Assembly: GCF_006345805.1 (NCBI RefSeq)
Contig: NC_043013.1
Coordinates: forward strand, 33,542,001 to 33,606,000
Direction: 5' to 3'
DNA from: Octopus sinensis
Taxonomy: Eukaryota
DNA length: 64,000 nt
This document shows, piece by piece, positions 51,010-64,000 of the stretch (positions are counted from its first letter, which is position 1; each line of letters opens with the position of its first letter). Below the pieces are notes generated by a model. The model was not told the origin of the DNA. It saw only the letters and a list, made by a program, of their open reading frames with translations, and ran no database searches. A program made the translations under genes and the position numbers.

Positions 51010-52245
51010 ACTGGCTTTTGGGAAACCTTTCAGTCTAGTGTTGGCCCACTACCTAAGGCTAAGTCTGGTAATCAGTATCTTCTTTCCATCATGTGTGTTT
51101 CTACCAGATTTCCTAAAACTATTCTTCTTCGTAGGATTGTTGCTCCTGTGATTGTCAAGGCTTTGATCAAGTATTTTATTTTACCTTAGTTGGTTTGCCA
51201 AATGTTGTTTCATCTGATCAGGGCTCAAATTTCCTGTCTAAGGCGTTTCAACATGTTATGTACCAGCTGGGTATTGAGCAGGTTAAGTCAAGTGCTTGTC
51301 ATTCTGAGTCACAGGGAGCTTTAGAGAGATTTCATAAAACCTTGAAGAATATCATTGAGTCTTATTGCTTTGAGACAAAAAGATTGAGATGAGGGTGTGC
51401 TTTTGTTCATGTTTGCTATCAGGGAATCAGTTCAGTAAAGTTTAGGGTTCAGTCCTCTTGAGTCATAGTGTGTGTGGGTCATTAAAACATCTAAAAAGCA
51501 ATGGCTCAATCGCGAGTCTGAGATCAATCTTTTGGACTATGTTTCTACATTTTGGAATATACTTTCGAAAGCATGTGAGTTGGCGAGACAAAATTTGAAA
51601 GCTTCACGAGCAAAAATGAAACAAAATTATGACAGAAAGTCCAAGCTAAAAAATTTCATTCCTGCTGACAAAGTGTTAGTTTTAATTCCCATTCCTGGCC
51701 AACCTCTGCGAGCTAGATTTCAGGGTCCATATCTTGTGGATAAAAAGGTTAATGACACAGGGAATGTTGTCCTGAAACCCTGGCCGTCGTAAGAAAAAAA
51801 GTTTGTGTCATGTAAACATGATTAGGTCATACCACGACAGGGTTGAAATCTAAAGGTTTCTTGTATTGTCACACTCTCCCCAGTTACTGATTGAACTGTA
51901 GACAAAGTTGAACATGTTTACAATATTGATGATGATGTTAGCAATGTGAAGTTGGATGATCTTAGCGATAATGTTTCACCTAAATTAAGAAATTCTGATG
52001 CGTTATCTCACCTAGATGTGAAATTGTCAGATTTGATTAATGAATTCTCTTAATTATTTCCTGATGTGCCTGCCCGAACTGACATTGTTAGCCATGATAT
52101 AGATGTAAAACAAAAAAAATAAAGATGGGTAGACCATCTGAAGAGAATTCGTGCTTTCTTCGAAACACCGTCTGAAGCAAAATTTACTGTGAATCTTGCC
52201 AAGTTTGAAGTTGGGAAGGCTCAAGTTGTATTTTTGGTGGGGCAT
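51010..52245 (+). mobile_element. Ty3/Gypsy remnant, integrase followed by RT-proximal sequence (Gmr1-like order)
   Basis: VGPLPKAKSGNQYLLSIMCVSTRFP, SDQGSNF, SQGALERFHKTLK, RFQGPY; then LFPDVPARTDIVSHDIDV and HLKRIRAFF..AKFTVNLAKFEVGKAQV. Confidence 0.85.
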
Positions 52246-53049
52246 TTCTCTTCATCTTTCACGTGACGTTACTTCATTCTTACACAGCGTCATCTACTTG
52301 CTGAAAATAGCAGCAAAATGCGCGGTTACATTTCCAGTAAGTACCTAACATTTCTTGATGTCTTCATATTCCCAGTTCAGCATTTTTCGTCACCTCCCCG
52401 CTTCTCTCAGCCGGAGAATGGAGTGCTCTGACTTGTCTTTATTTCCACGGCACCTTCGAATCATTCTTGCTCATGGCTCCGACTTCACTTGCCGTTTACT
52501 GTTGAGCAATGACACTCAACAGTATCTATCTTCGACTAGACGCTCTGTCGTATCCGCCATTGCCGTTTCTGCAATCTTCGAACGGTATTCCATCCTCTGG
52601 CGCCTTTTCCAATGAACACTTGTCTTCTACTGCGCTATTTTTGATTCCAGCATCTTCTTATCATGATGCTTGTAGAGTTACTCTTTGCTATTTCCCACGT
52701 TCTTCACTAACATCTTAAAGTGGATACTCTGTACACAATGAACTATTTACGTGTTTGTACTTTCGAAAGACTGGCCTAACATATTTTACGCATGTTTTCA
52801 CCTTTCAAGATCCTTTTTTCACTCTGTTCTTGTTTTTGACTGTTAAATATTTTGTTCACACATTTTAGACTGCCAAATATTTTCTACTCAACGTTCATAC
52901 ATACACACATACATACATGCTTTCTGCCTCGTGCTATCCACTCTGACACATCAATACGGAACGTTGAATTTTTCATTTAGTCCTGAGATATTTATTTCTC
53001 TTCGCTTTCTTCTGCTTCAGCAGATTTTAGACACTTATTTTTTTCAATT

Positions 53050-53460
53050 GTTTTCAGCCCTCATCATTTGTTTATACTACGTTATTCTCCTTGTCCTGTC
53101 TTTTACTGTTTTTATTTGTATTATTTTTACTGTCTTGTTTTGTTTTTACTGCCCTGTTCCTGTTACCAATTTTAGCCCTCCGCAAAAAAATCCCAAATTT
53201 TATTTAATTTGCTTTGCGTGAAGGAGTGTTTCAACGAATTCGCGTCTTGTCCTTACCTTCGTAACGCAGAGTAGACGAAACAGAGACAACTGAAGAAGGG
53301 GAATATTCTTTGTGTTGTATGTTTTGTACCCTGTTTTTTCGTTGTTTGAAAAAAGTTCGTTTCCATGTTTTTGTTTTTATGTTTTCGGTTCTCATTGTGT
53401 TCAACGTTTTTGGGGTGTCCTGTACCCATATATGCATGTATATATACATATAGATATAGG
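53050..53460 (+). repeat. Unclassified dispersed repeat, copy 3 (possibly a Penelope 3' region)
   Basis: Aligns with 34295-34690. Upstream 52330-52620 has a weak YISSKYLTFLDVFI RT-thumb-like peptide. Confidence 0.7.
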
Positions 53461-53574
53461 TATGTACATATATGTATGTATATATGCATATGTTTATATA
53501 TCATTTATGTTATATATATATATATATATATATCAATATATCTATATTTTTACTTTCATTCTTTTATACTTTTA

Positions 53575-53761
53575 TTTGTTTCAGTCATTTGACTGCGACA
53601 GTGCTGATACACCGTCTTTAGCCGAAATGATCGACCCTAGTACTTATTCTTTGTAAGCCTAGCACTTATTTTATCGGACACTTTTGCTGAACCGCTACAT
53701 TACGTAAATACACTAGCATTGGTTGTCACGCGATGGTGGTGGAACAAACGCAGACACCCAA

Positions 53762-53790
<29 letters not shown>
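53575..53790 (-). mobile_element. SINE family A body ending in (CA)n(TA)n
   Basis: TTCAGTCATTTGACTGCG...TTTTGCTGAACCGCTA...GGTTGTCACGCGATGGTGG. Confidence 0.75.
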
Positions 53791-53817
<27 letters not shown>

Positions 53818-53864
53818 AAACAAGTAAAAAATAGAAAATGCTAAAATAATTTTATAGTGAACAT

Positions 53865-53907
53865 TTCAGTACCGGTTTCGGTCATTTTGAGATCTTTTCA
53901 ACTGTAA
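53865..53907 (-). ncRNA. Hammerhead-like motif, left inverted-repeat copy (one stem II mismatch)
   Basis: Minus strand CAG-TTGAAAA-GATC-TCAAAAT-GACC-GAAAC-CG-GTA-CTG. Confidence 0.45.
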
Positions 53908-54652
53908 CGATTAAATAATTAAATTTAGAAAAATTAGAAGAAAAGTTTTTTTAAAAGAATATTTCTATAGTAGTGTTCAGATTTAAGTGGCATTCTGCCT
54001 TTCTCTGACTCCCTTGTTTGCACTTGTGTATTGGAGGTCGTTGTGAGTTCTTGGTAGGGTAGTAGAGGAAGAAGGCTGGTGAGGAAAGGGGGTGGGAGAA
54101 TCTGGGAGTGCCCTGATGGTCGTATTTTGAATGGTCAGTGGCGGCTGGCAGTCTCAGTTCAATTCAGGAGAATATTTATATTGACAGGCTTGTTTATAGA
54201 ATTAGCGTAGGTGTTATACTAAAAAGCATTAGTGACAAAATTAAGGGGTAGGGGGTGGAGAAGTAGCAGAAGAAGAAGAAGAAGAAGAAGACGATGTTGA
54301 TGATGATGATGAAGAAGAAGAAGAAGAAGAAGAAGGAGAAGGAGAAGGAGAAGATGACGATGATGGTGATGGTGGTGATGATTATGACGACGATGATGAT
54401 GATGATGAAGAAGAAGAAGAAGGAGAAGGAGAAGATGACGATGATGGTGATGGTGGTGATGATGATGACGACGATGATGATGATAATGATGATGATGAAG
54501 AAGAAGAGGAAGAAGAAGGAGAAGAAAAAAACAGAGAAGGGAGAATATGAGAGGGTGTAAGTATAGCTATGATGGGGCTGATTAGTAATGGATTCTATGG
54601 AGTGTAATATTTGTGTGTGTATATATTTCTTTTATTCTAAAGTTGAGGTATA

Positions 54653-55141
54653 TTAATTGTTTGTCGTAGACCCGTTAAGAAGTGGCTTGTATTTTGTAAT
54701 AAAGAGATTTTCTTTACTTATTCGTTGTCTCGAGGTTGTATCGTCCCTAAATTGGTAGAGGGGGAAAATTCTGAAGTTTGGTGTTTTTTTGTTGGCGCAA
54801 GTATCTATGTGTTGGCGCAAGTATCTTGTGTGGCTAAAAGCTATTTTTCTGTTTTGGGGAATTTTTATCTGGGATCTGTGCAGGGCCATTCGTTTACGCA
54901 AACCATTTTTCGTTTGGCCTATGTACTGCTCTTGACACCCGGAGCAGGTTAGTGAGTATATTAGGTTCTCCGAAGCACATGTGAAGTTGCTTTTCACTGT
55001 AAACCGTTGTCCCTGTTTGAAGGAGAACTCTGATCCCTCAATTAGATAGTCGCATATCCCGCAATTGGGTCTTCCACATTTTTTTACTGTCGGCTTCTGT
55101 GTTGAAGAGTGAATTCGGGCTTGTGTAAGGAGACTTTTCAT
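54653..55141 (-). pseudogene. Penelope C-terminal Zn-finger plus GIY-YIG endonuclease coding fragment
   Basis: KKCGRPNCGICDY, NLIYSLTCSGCQEQYIGQTKNGLRKRMALHRSQI, KENLFITKYKPLLN. Confidence 0.9.
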
Positions 55142-56057
55142 GGATTAGGCTGTCTTTTGCTTTTTATGATCGTGTGTGTTTGGAGGATTGTGTTCATTCT
55201 GTGGTCTTTTTTTAGGAGGGGTATGTGTGGAGGATGGTGTCGAAGGCTTCGTTATTGAGAGGGTTGTGTGTGGAGATGTATGATAAGGCTTTTGGTTGTA
55301 AGTTTTTCTTTGATTTGGGATGTCTCAGTTCCTTGATGTTAAGTTGAAGGGCACGTTGAATGCACTTGTCAATAAGTGAAGGTGGATAGTTCCTGGTGAT
55401 AAGGGTATCTTTTAGTTCTTGTAGTCGTGTGTCTCTGGTGTTTGCGTTAGAGACTATAGTGCATATCCTTTTTGCTAGATTGAAGGGGATATTCATCCTG
55501 GTGTGTCTGGGGTGGCATGAATTGAATGGAAGATATTGCTTAGAGTCTGTAGGCTTATAGTATATGTCTGTTTCTATTATATTATTAGCTTTCTTAATGA
55601 GGATATCGTGAATTGGATGTTTACGTCCAGTCCGTTTAAAATTTTCTGGAATTCTATGAGTTTTTCTATATTTTTATGCCAAAGGATGAAACAGTCATCT
55701 AGATATCTCTTCCAGTTGTTTTCTATGTAGATGGAGAAAAGGCTGCCATATCTTTCTAGAACCTTACGATACAGACTGATCTCTAGGTATCCTATGACTA
55801 GGTTGAACTGAGACTGCCAGGCGCCACTGACCATTCAAAATACGACCATCAGGGCACTCCCAGATTCTCCCACCCCCTTTCCTCACCAGCCTTCTTCCTC
55901 TACTACCCTACCAAGAACTCACAACGACCTCCAATACACAAGTGCAAACAAGGGAGTCAGAGAAAGGCAGAATGCCACTTAAATCTGAACACTACTATAG
56001 AAATATTCTTTTAAAAAAACTTTTCTTCTAATTTTTCTAAATTTAATTATTTAATCG

Positions 56058-56100
56058 TTACAGTTGAAAAGGTCTCAAAATGACCGAAACCGGTACTGAA
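56058..56100 (+). ncRNA. Minimal type I hammerhead-like motif with U3-A8 core
   Basis: Stem I CAG/CTG, core TTGAAAA (56064-56070), stem II GGTC/GACC, GAAAC, palindrome ACCGGT, triplet GTA (56093-56095). Confidence 0.6.
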
Positions 56101-56241
56101 ATGTTCACTATAAAATTATTTTAGCATTTTCTATTTTTGACTTGTTTTTTCATATATATCAACTCGTGTGTTCCCTTTCACCCATATATATATATATATA
56201 GAGAGAGAGAGATAGATCGATCGATCGATCGATAGATAGAT

Positions 56242-56333
<92 letters not shown>

Positions 56334-56897
56334 GGATACATACATACATGCATATGTATAGATGCGTGTATATACACTCCCACACATGAATATATGTGTC
56401 TGTATTTTTATATATATGTTTCATCTGTGAATGTATCTATGTACATATCACTATGCCAGTTGAGTTGCCATTACTCTAGTTGAATTAAGCCTGACCGAAT
56501 GGTATCGGGTATGACATCGACTCAAAATGATTACGTCAACGAGAAAAATATCCTGGACTGGTAACGACTGCAAACATAGTATTATATCGATATTGATGAA
56601 AATTAAAGCTGATCAATAGCTTTCCTAAAACGATGATTATCCGCAATGATATTTTTACCCATCTGTGTCTTTCTATATTTCCTTAGTGATTGGTTGATTT
56701 GACAGATCTCCCTCAGAAACTCTTTTGCTTCTAATATTTGGTGGACGAAAGAAAATGTGATTTGTTTTACTCGCTAAAATCTTCCGTATTTAAGCACACT
56801 TTGAAACGTCTATGAAGAGAATTAACCAATTATATTTCTTTGCGCAGGAACAAATCCCAAACTGACTATTCGTAGCTGCCGCTGCTGCTGCTACTAT

Positions 56898-56976
<79 letters not shown>

Positions 56977-57082
56977 GTGGCTGCTACTATACTGATAATA
57001 ATAACAACAACAACAGCAATAATAAAAATAATAATAATTATTATTATTATAATGATGATTTCATTTATTTCCCACAAGAGAT

Positions 57083-57530
57083 ATGACTGTCCCAATCGAT
57101 ATAAACGTATCTGTCAAGACCTACCAAAAACTGAGCAAATATAAAAATCTTGAAATAGAAATCAGCAAAATGTGGAACCTGAAGACTAAAACAATAACTG
57201 TTGTCATAGGTGCCCTGGGAATGATAGCGAAAGGGGCTGATTGCTACCTAACTCAGATACCAGGAAACCCCAAAATGACAGAAATTCAAAAGATAGTGCT
57301 CATGGGAACTGCTCATATCCTACGCAAAATACTCTCTATGTAATCTCAAGGTTTAAAACAAACGTTCTTAAAAAATTTATTTATTAGACATTCACTAGTA
57401 CAACACAAAAAAATATATATAGCACACTAGGCATAACAACAACGTGAACTTCCAACCTGTTGTCTCTTGAGGTCTCTGGGTGAGACTTGGAGTCAACTTG
57501 TACAAACATAAAGCAAAAGTCGAACATAGA
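57083..57530 (+). mobile_element. R4/Dong-like 3' fragment between (TAA)n tracts
   Basis: MTVPIDINVSVKTYQKLSKYKNLEIEISKMWNLKTKTITVVIGALGMI...GTAHILRKILSM. The 3' UTR runs into AATAATAAT at 57531. Confidence 0.9.
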
Positions 57531-57589
57531 ATAATAATAATAATAATAAATTCTGGTTTTATTAACCACAAGGGCTAACATAATGTCTT

Positions 57590-57900
57590 GGTTTAAAAGA
57601 TAGGTTACAGAAAATATTCTGCTCAATACCACAGGTTTTTCTTGTCAGCTGTTTGACCTTAATGAGTTATGCTTGTCCTTTGGTAGCTGAGGACATGTGC
57701 ATCACTGATCATGAACAGAAGTAGTGGGGACGCATCACAGCCATATATTGAGAGGAATTATTTGGAGTCTGAATAATTCAGCTCTGGAAGCAAGGGTGTT
57801 TTCTTCAACATCCTTAAACAACCCCTTATTCAAGGACCATTTGGGCGTGATGGGCTACTCGACCCTGTTTATCTCGATGTGTGATCACCATATTGTGTAC
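57590..57900 (+). repeat. Dispersed repeat, homologue of 46590-46900
   Basis: See the partner feature at 46590-46900. Confidence 0.7.
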
Positions 57901-57991
57901 ATATGGTTGTGACGCGTGTGCCAGGTGTACACTTATTAGATGGGTAGTCATGATGTGTATACTCAGCTTTGTATATTTTACCCCAGTGTCA

Positions 57992-58345
<354 letters not shown>

Positions 58346-60478
58346 CATTTTCATTTGTCAGGTTACATCGCTGTGTTGCCATATGCCTAAATGTTTGTTA
58401 ATTCTTTTAAAAAATTCTCTGCGGATAAATACCGTTAGAGGCGCAGCAGTTGCCTATATTTTTCTACGATTTTCCACGATAGTTTATTTCGCATACAAAA
58501 CAAAATCAATTGATCTTTATTTCTCTTGTCGTTTGAAAATCGGACCATGAAACTCAGAGTTGCAAATTAACATTCAGCTAAAACACAGAAATGTACAGAT
58601 ACATACAAACTTGTACACACACGCACACATACTTGTGCGTGTATTTGTATGCGTGTATGCGTTTGTGTGTGTATGTGTGTGTACTGAGATTTAGCCAGAG
58701 AGTTATGTATATTTTACAATAAATCTGTAAAGAGACAGATTGATAGATGGCCCCATTGATTGAAGACAGATCAATTCATACTTGTTTTGGCAGGCTCACT
58801 GATTGGCAATACATTGCTCTAATTATCCTCTTCATCAAAACCAGGCAATGAGAACATAATTAGCTGAGGGTGTGTGTATATGTCTGGGTAATTTTCGTAT
58901 GAATATATACGCTTCTTTATTCACCACCATGTATTTAAGTATATGTGTGTATTCAATGTTTATATGAATGAAATTAATAGAACGTCTGAAAAATTTCCAA
59001 ATATATACACAATGATTTTGATTAATTGGTACGCCTGTGGGAAATGAGAATATGAACAATTAAAAGATAATTTCGTTAAATAATACACAGACACAATAGC
59101 TGTCTCTTCTTAATTACTTGAATTAACTTTGATGATTATCTTGTTTATTCTCTGGTCAATCGTGATCATAAGCGTTCCATCTATGACCATTCCAGCTGTC
59201 GATTTCTCTATACCTATAAAATTGTTAGCCTGTGTGTTATTATTCTAGTGGGTCACTCGAGGAAGAACAATAATTCTTCGTCGGTCGATGAACGATAGTG
59301 GAGTCACTCTCGTTGTCTCGAACTAATGATTGTCTTTGGTGTTGCTGCTTTTAAACTAGAGATCTGAAAATGATGACAATAAGGAAATTTGCTCAAACTC
59401 ATTTACCAATTTTTCTGTAACACAGAAATTACGACACACAGTATCACATGCAGTACCATGAATAAAACCACCGTCACAGGCAAATACTTAAGAGGAAAAG
59501 ATAATCTCAAGACTTAAGATTTTCTCCACACTTGACATGCAAAATGATTGGTTTATTGTCTGGATGTAAGAGGACAATCGTGATCAAGTGTTCCTGGCTG
59601 AAAAGCCGTATTCATCTCAACAAGTGTCCGATTATATCTCTACATGCTAAAGAGTTGAGATTTATACAAGAGTTGGTCACATTTATTAGCTAGATAATTT
59701 GCATAATTAAAATAAAATGAATTGAGAGAAATAAATCAGAAAGTCAGGTGGCATGTATTTCAATAGCATAGGCATATACAGGTATATCAGTTACAGTACA
59801 ACATATAATTTTCATTATTAAAATTATCTTCGCTCCTGGAGGACGTAACTTAATTTGTCAAATGGTAATTAAAACCAGCTCCACATAAGGAAGGGAGATA
59901 ATCTTAACATTCAAAAACTTTTCCAAAATTGACACCCTATTAAGAAAAAAATAGAATTATGTGTGTGTGTGTATTGAGGCGTGCGTGCAGATTTTAGTGG
60001 TACTATCTGTACTCTATAGGAGCGAAAATATACTCTTTATATCTTCTAAGAAGCACACTTGCATATTTTAAATAATTTCCAAAAATTACATACAATTCTT
60101 TCAGGTGCGTTGTGTTCTCGTTACTTATTAATAATTCTATCCGAGGTTTTACAGTTCGCTCTGGTATCATTATATTACTACGTATTAAATATAATAATGC
60201 CGGGGGGAACTGAAAACTCCAAATAGAATGAAGGTTAATCGAATAGAATGAATGGTAAAAAGGGATAATTATTCCTCTGTTGTACATCCATTTATGCTAT
60301 ATCCCCTGAAGAAATGAATCCGTGAAGATAGTCAACCCAATGCCCATAGATACTACAGTCTGCACTGTAATTATCCCAGAAATACGGAATGTGCTATTAT
60401 GAAACATGTGATTTGTGGAAACGCGCGCAACTATACATGAAATGTTTATAAATTCCATTCAAGGATTATTGCATATAT

Positions 60479-60510
<32 letters not shown>

Positions 60511-60556
60511 CACATACATACATGCGTACATCTTTTATCTTTTATCTCTTGTTAAT

Positions 60557-60587
<31 letters not shown>

Positions 60588-61129
60588 AATATAAAGAGAA
60601 AGATAGAGAGAAAGAGTTAAGGGGGGATGGTGGAAGAGATATAGCTGGTAATACAGATAAATACAATTAGACTTGACGCATATACAAAATATATTAAGAA
60701 AGAATATATGTATATACTCGTATACACTGGCATACACTGGCATACACAAACATATACACACGTTTATATATATATATATATACAAATATATATTGCACAG
60801 AGCACGAAACAGACAAAATAATATGAACAAAATTCAAAATTTCTTTACTCAACAGCTGTTTCGCGTAATAATCGTAATAACCTTAATTTGCTGATGGAAC
60901 ATGGAATAGACTTGGATATGCAACCAGTAGACAGTAACACAAAGATATTACCAAATTTACAGCTTCCCTCATCAAGAGAAGGTTGGAAAAACCGTTCCAT
61001 ATAGTAATGCGCCACTATGCAAACAAGAATGTACGTACCGAAACTTTATAGCTATCAACTGTAATATAATGGATATGTGTGTGTGTATTTATATTGTTTT
61101 GGCTTTACCCATGATCCTTTATACCATAC

Positions 61130-61187
<58 letters not shown>

Positions 61188-61241
61188 CATATGTGTGTAT
61201 GTATCTATCTTTTATATATTATATTACACACACGTGCGCGT

Positions 61242-61275
<34 letters not shown>

Positions 61276-62341
61276 GTGTGTGTTTATGCACACACATACA
61301 CACAAACACACATACATCTTCGGGCCCTGAATTATTTCAGTGTGAAAGTACGATGTCTTCTCCTCTGGAGCCTGCTGTAAGATATTCTATTGTTAGTTAA
61401 TTCGATGTTAATGAGGGAGGCCATCAGTGTTTATTTGACATTACAGAATAAACTACTTCAAATATAGCACAAAAATCAAACCCTACGTCCTCTTCACCAT
61501 CGACACTTCCCCATGCCAGTAGTAACAATAACGACAACAACAACAACAACAACAACAACAACGACAACACCTATAAGAATAGCAACACCAACATCTGCGA
61601 CAACAACGACTGCAATAAGAGAAACAAAACAAAAGAACAACGACAGATATATTGGTAAGCAGTAAGAATAGAGATTTCGACTGACATGACACTAACACAA
61701 ATTAGAAGCGTACAGAAATTCGTTTCAGCAAAGACGCAACAATTAAAATTATACAATTTCAGAGAGTGAGAAAGAAATAGGGATAGAGAGAGAAAAAAGA
61801 GAGAGAGAGAGAAGATGGGGAACAGAGAGACTATGAGAATGATTATGAAGTAGAGACTTTTAGAGACATCGAGAAAGTGTGAGAGAATTAAAGGGAGGTA
61901 TTAAGCGATGTAAAGAAAGAGAAGGCTTCAGAAGGTTCGCAAGATATGAGTCGGGCGACATTGATAGAAATCTGGTGATAAATAAAACGGATACTAGAAT
62001 AGGAGATGGAATGACAAGACAAAAGGGGAGAGAGAGAGAGCGAGAGAGAGAGAGAGAAAGTGAGAGAGATAAAGAAAGAAAGAGAAAGAATAATTGTGTA
62101 AGGAGGAGTAAAGGGAATTGGAAGTGAAAGTGAAAGCAGCCTGATATTGGATGAGTTTGGGCGTTGAATACGTACGTGAGACATCTGTAGTTGACCTGAC
62201 AAACAATAGGTCTAATCTAGCAGAATAATTCCCGAAACAACTGTTAAAATGATCAGATGATGTGATAAGTTCATACGCATTCGCCCACAAATAACACTTG
62301 CTATCACACGCATATACACCCATACGTACATTCACACATAC

Positions 62342-62403
<62 letters not shown>

Positions 62404-63122
62404 ATGTTTGTGTATATGTGTGTGTGAACGCATACAAATACATTTGCAGTTGCACAAACACATACAAATAAACACATTTGCACATGGTACGCCCTTACGT
62501 GTAAATATTAAACACTAAAAATATATATGTGCGAACGTTCCACGTTATATCACAATAATACACGTATATTTTACAGAATTATATGAGTGTGTATCTCTGT
62601 GTGTATGTGTGCCGTCAATAATAAATATATAATTATTCAGCTGCATATACGCATGTGTGTGCATGCAGATGTATGCGTGACCATCTGCATGTGCATTTAT
62701 GTGACTGTGCTTTTGTATGCGTGTTTTGCGACCTCACTTATTTCATGTAACATGCAATTCTATTAATGAGTTAACTGGTTTGATCAAACTTAGCGCCGAC
62801 TTGTCAATGGCGGTGAGCATTATAAACCAATGAAGAAAACTAGTTAGCTGCTCAGGTGGAAAACTACAGCAAGCAAAACTTCTAATTGCATGTTACATTG
62901 TTATAAATACAAAAGTCAAATTCATATTAGAAAATATCAGAAAATATAATAGGTTACTTACGACAGGAATATTTTGATCATGGTTCTTTTTGATTAGTCC
63001 AACTTAGGGCTAAACAGTTTCAAAAGCAGACACAACAGCTAGCGGCATTTAAGATGAATCATTACAAAGACCTTTGTGGTGTTGTGTGGACTAGTCCATC
63101 CAGATCGGCCTATAATCAACAG

Positions 63123-63790
63123 CAGTGGCGGTTCGTATATAAAACTATTGGGGTTGCTGCTTCAGAAAATCTTCAGCCGTTGTTTTAATATTGTGTAAAA
63201 GGAAACAAACATATACAAAAGAAAATTGATACACAAACTTCATCGTTTCGCGTTTTAGCCGCTGCCGTGTAGTATGTTTAATTTGTTCCCTGAACAATAC
63301 GAATTCCCCCTTGTTTTTCAAATTCTCCACTTAATCAGAAAATCCTGGCAGCAACACTGAAGCTGGAAGCAAGATATTATCTAATTCTACACTTTATCAC
63401 ATTCAAGAAAATAAACACGTTTTTAAGTACAACACAGGTGCAGTCAAAAAGAAACACTACCTTTCACCAGCACACAAGGGTTGACCTTGTCATTCACGCA
63501 GTGCTCTCTCTCTCCCTAGTGTGAAGCTTCCTAACTCGGACATGTGAACATGCGCACAACAGCCAAACACCGCGTCGCTGGAACTATGAAGCTCACAGTT
63601 CTATACAAGGATTTTTGTATTTTTATCATAAACTAGGGTATGACTACTGACATTAAGCTTAAGGATTATATAATGTACAAGTATAAAGAAAGACTTAAAG
63701 AAAAAAGGATTTATTATATTGAGTGATATCGATAATATCGAGTGGAGGGGGTGCTGCAGTTTCGCAGCGCCTATACATGAGCCGCCACTG
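63123..63790. mobile_element. Non-autonomous hAT element (668 bp) with 8-bp TSD
   Basis: TIRs CAGTGGCGGTTCGTAT and reverse complement CAGTGGCGGCTCATGTAT. ATCAACAG is duplicated at 63115-63122 and 63791-63798. Confidence 0.92.
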
Positions 63791-63911
63791 ATCAACAGCT
63801 TTCTTAAACCAATGATTCTCAAACGGACTCCATGTGGCCCTTTGTTATATTATTTATATTATTTACATTATTTACACTTGACAGATATTTGCCCTCATGT
63901 TTTTTGGTTTT

Positions 63912-63958
63912 AACACAATCGTTTCGGCTGATATACCCTCTAGCTTTCAGCAGGTGTC
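63912..63958 (-). ncRNA. Degenerate minimal hammerhead-like motif
   Basis: Minus strand GACAC-CTGCTGA-A-AGCTA...CAGCC-GAAAC-GATT-GTGTT. Stem I GACAC/GTGTT; core A6 is replaced by C. Confidence 0.4.
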
Positions 63959-64000
63959 TTGGGGAAATTTCGAACCTGGTTCTCATTCCTAAGGTATTTT

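Larger units (their letters stand above)
53814..56151 (-). mobile_element. 5'-truncated Penelope-like element (Neptune-type) bounded by 349-bp inverted repeats
   Basis: 53814-54162 is the reverse complement of 55803-56151 (3 mismatches found). The interior has RT (WKRYLDDCFILW), thumb (IPFNLAKRICTIVS) and Zn-finger plus GIY-YIG pieces. Both outer flanks are TA-rich. Confidence 0.9.

Noticed and set aside
52288-52336. 49-nt plus-strand exon candidate with a good acceptor and GTAAGT donor (RHLLAENSSKMRGYIS)
   Set aside because: The same frame continues as YISSKYLTFLDVFI, resembling a Penelope RT thumb, so a TE remnant explains it equally well.
61341-61376. 36-nt in-frame micro-exon candidate
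   Set aside because: Too short to evaluate and expected by chance in 64 kb.

Overview
AT-rich, extremely microsatellite-dense eukaryotic DNA. The SINE families and repeat style point to an octopus (coleoid cephalopod) genome; this is inferred from recalled repeat families and no search was run. No intact host protein-coding gene can be demonstrated, and nearly all ORFs in the supplied track are (TA)n/(CA)n/triplet read-throughs. The window is a mosaic of transposon remnants: several RTE LINEs, a CR1-like LINE with a (TAAC)n tail, four R4/Dong-like REL-endonuclease fragments in (TAA)n tracts, Penelope-like elements, a Gypsy fragment with integrase before RT, mariner, hAT and Helentron-type non-autonomous elements, and three tRNA-derived SINE families. 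The best leads are: (1) six or seven hammerhead-ribozyme-like motifs from different repeat families, including a U3-A8 compensated core in the 349-bp inverted repeats bracketing a Penelope element; (2) SINE concatemers that restart at the same internal base at independent loci; (3) (TAA)n-targeted R4/Dong-like insertions; (4) two CpG-rich, promoter-like patches with ATG-containing mini-exons facing away from each other at about 39 kb (-) and 45 kb (+). All coordinates, alignments and translations were made by eye.
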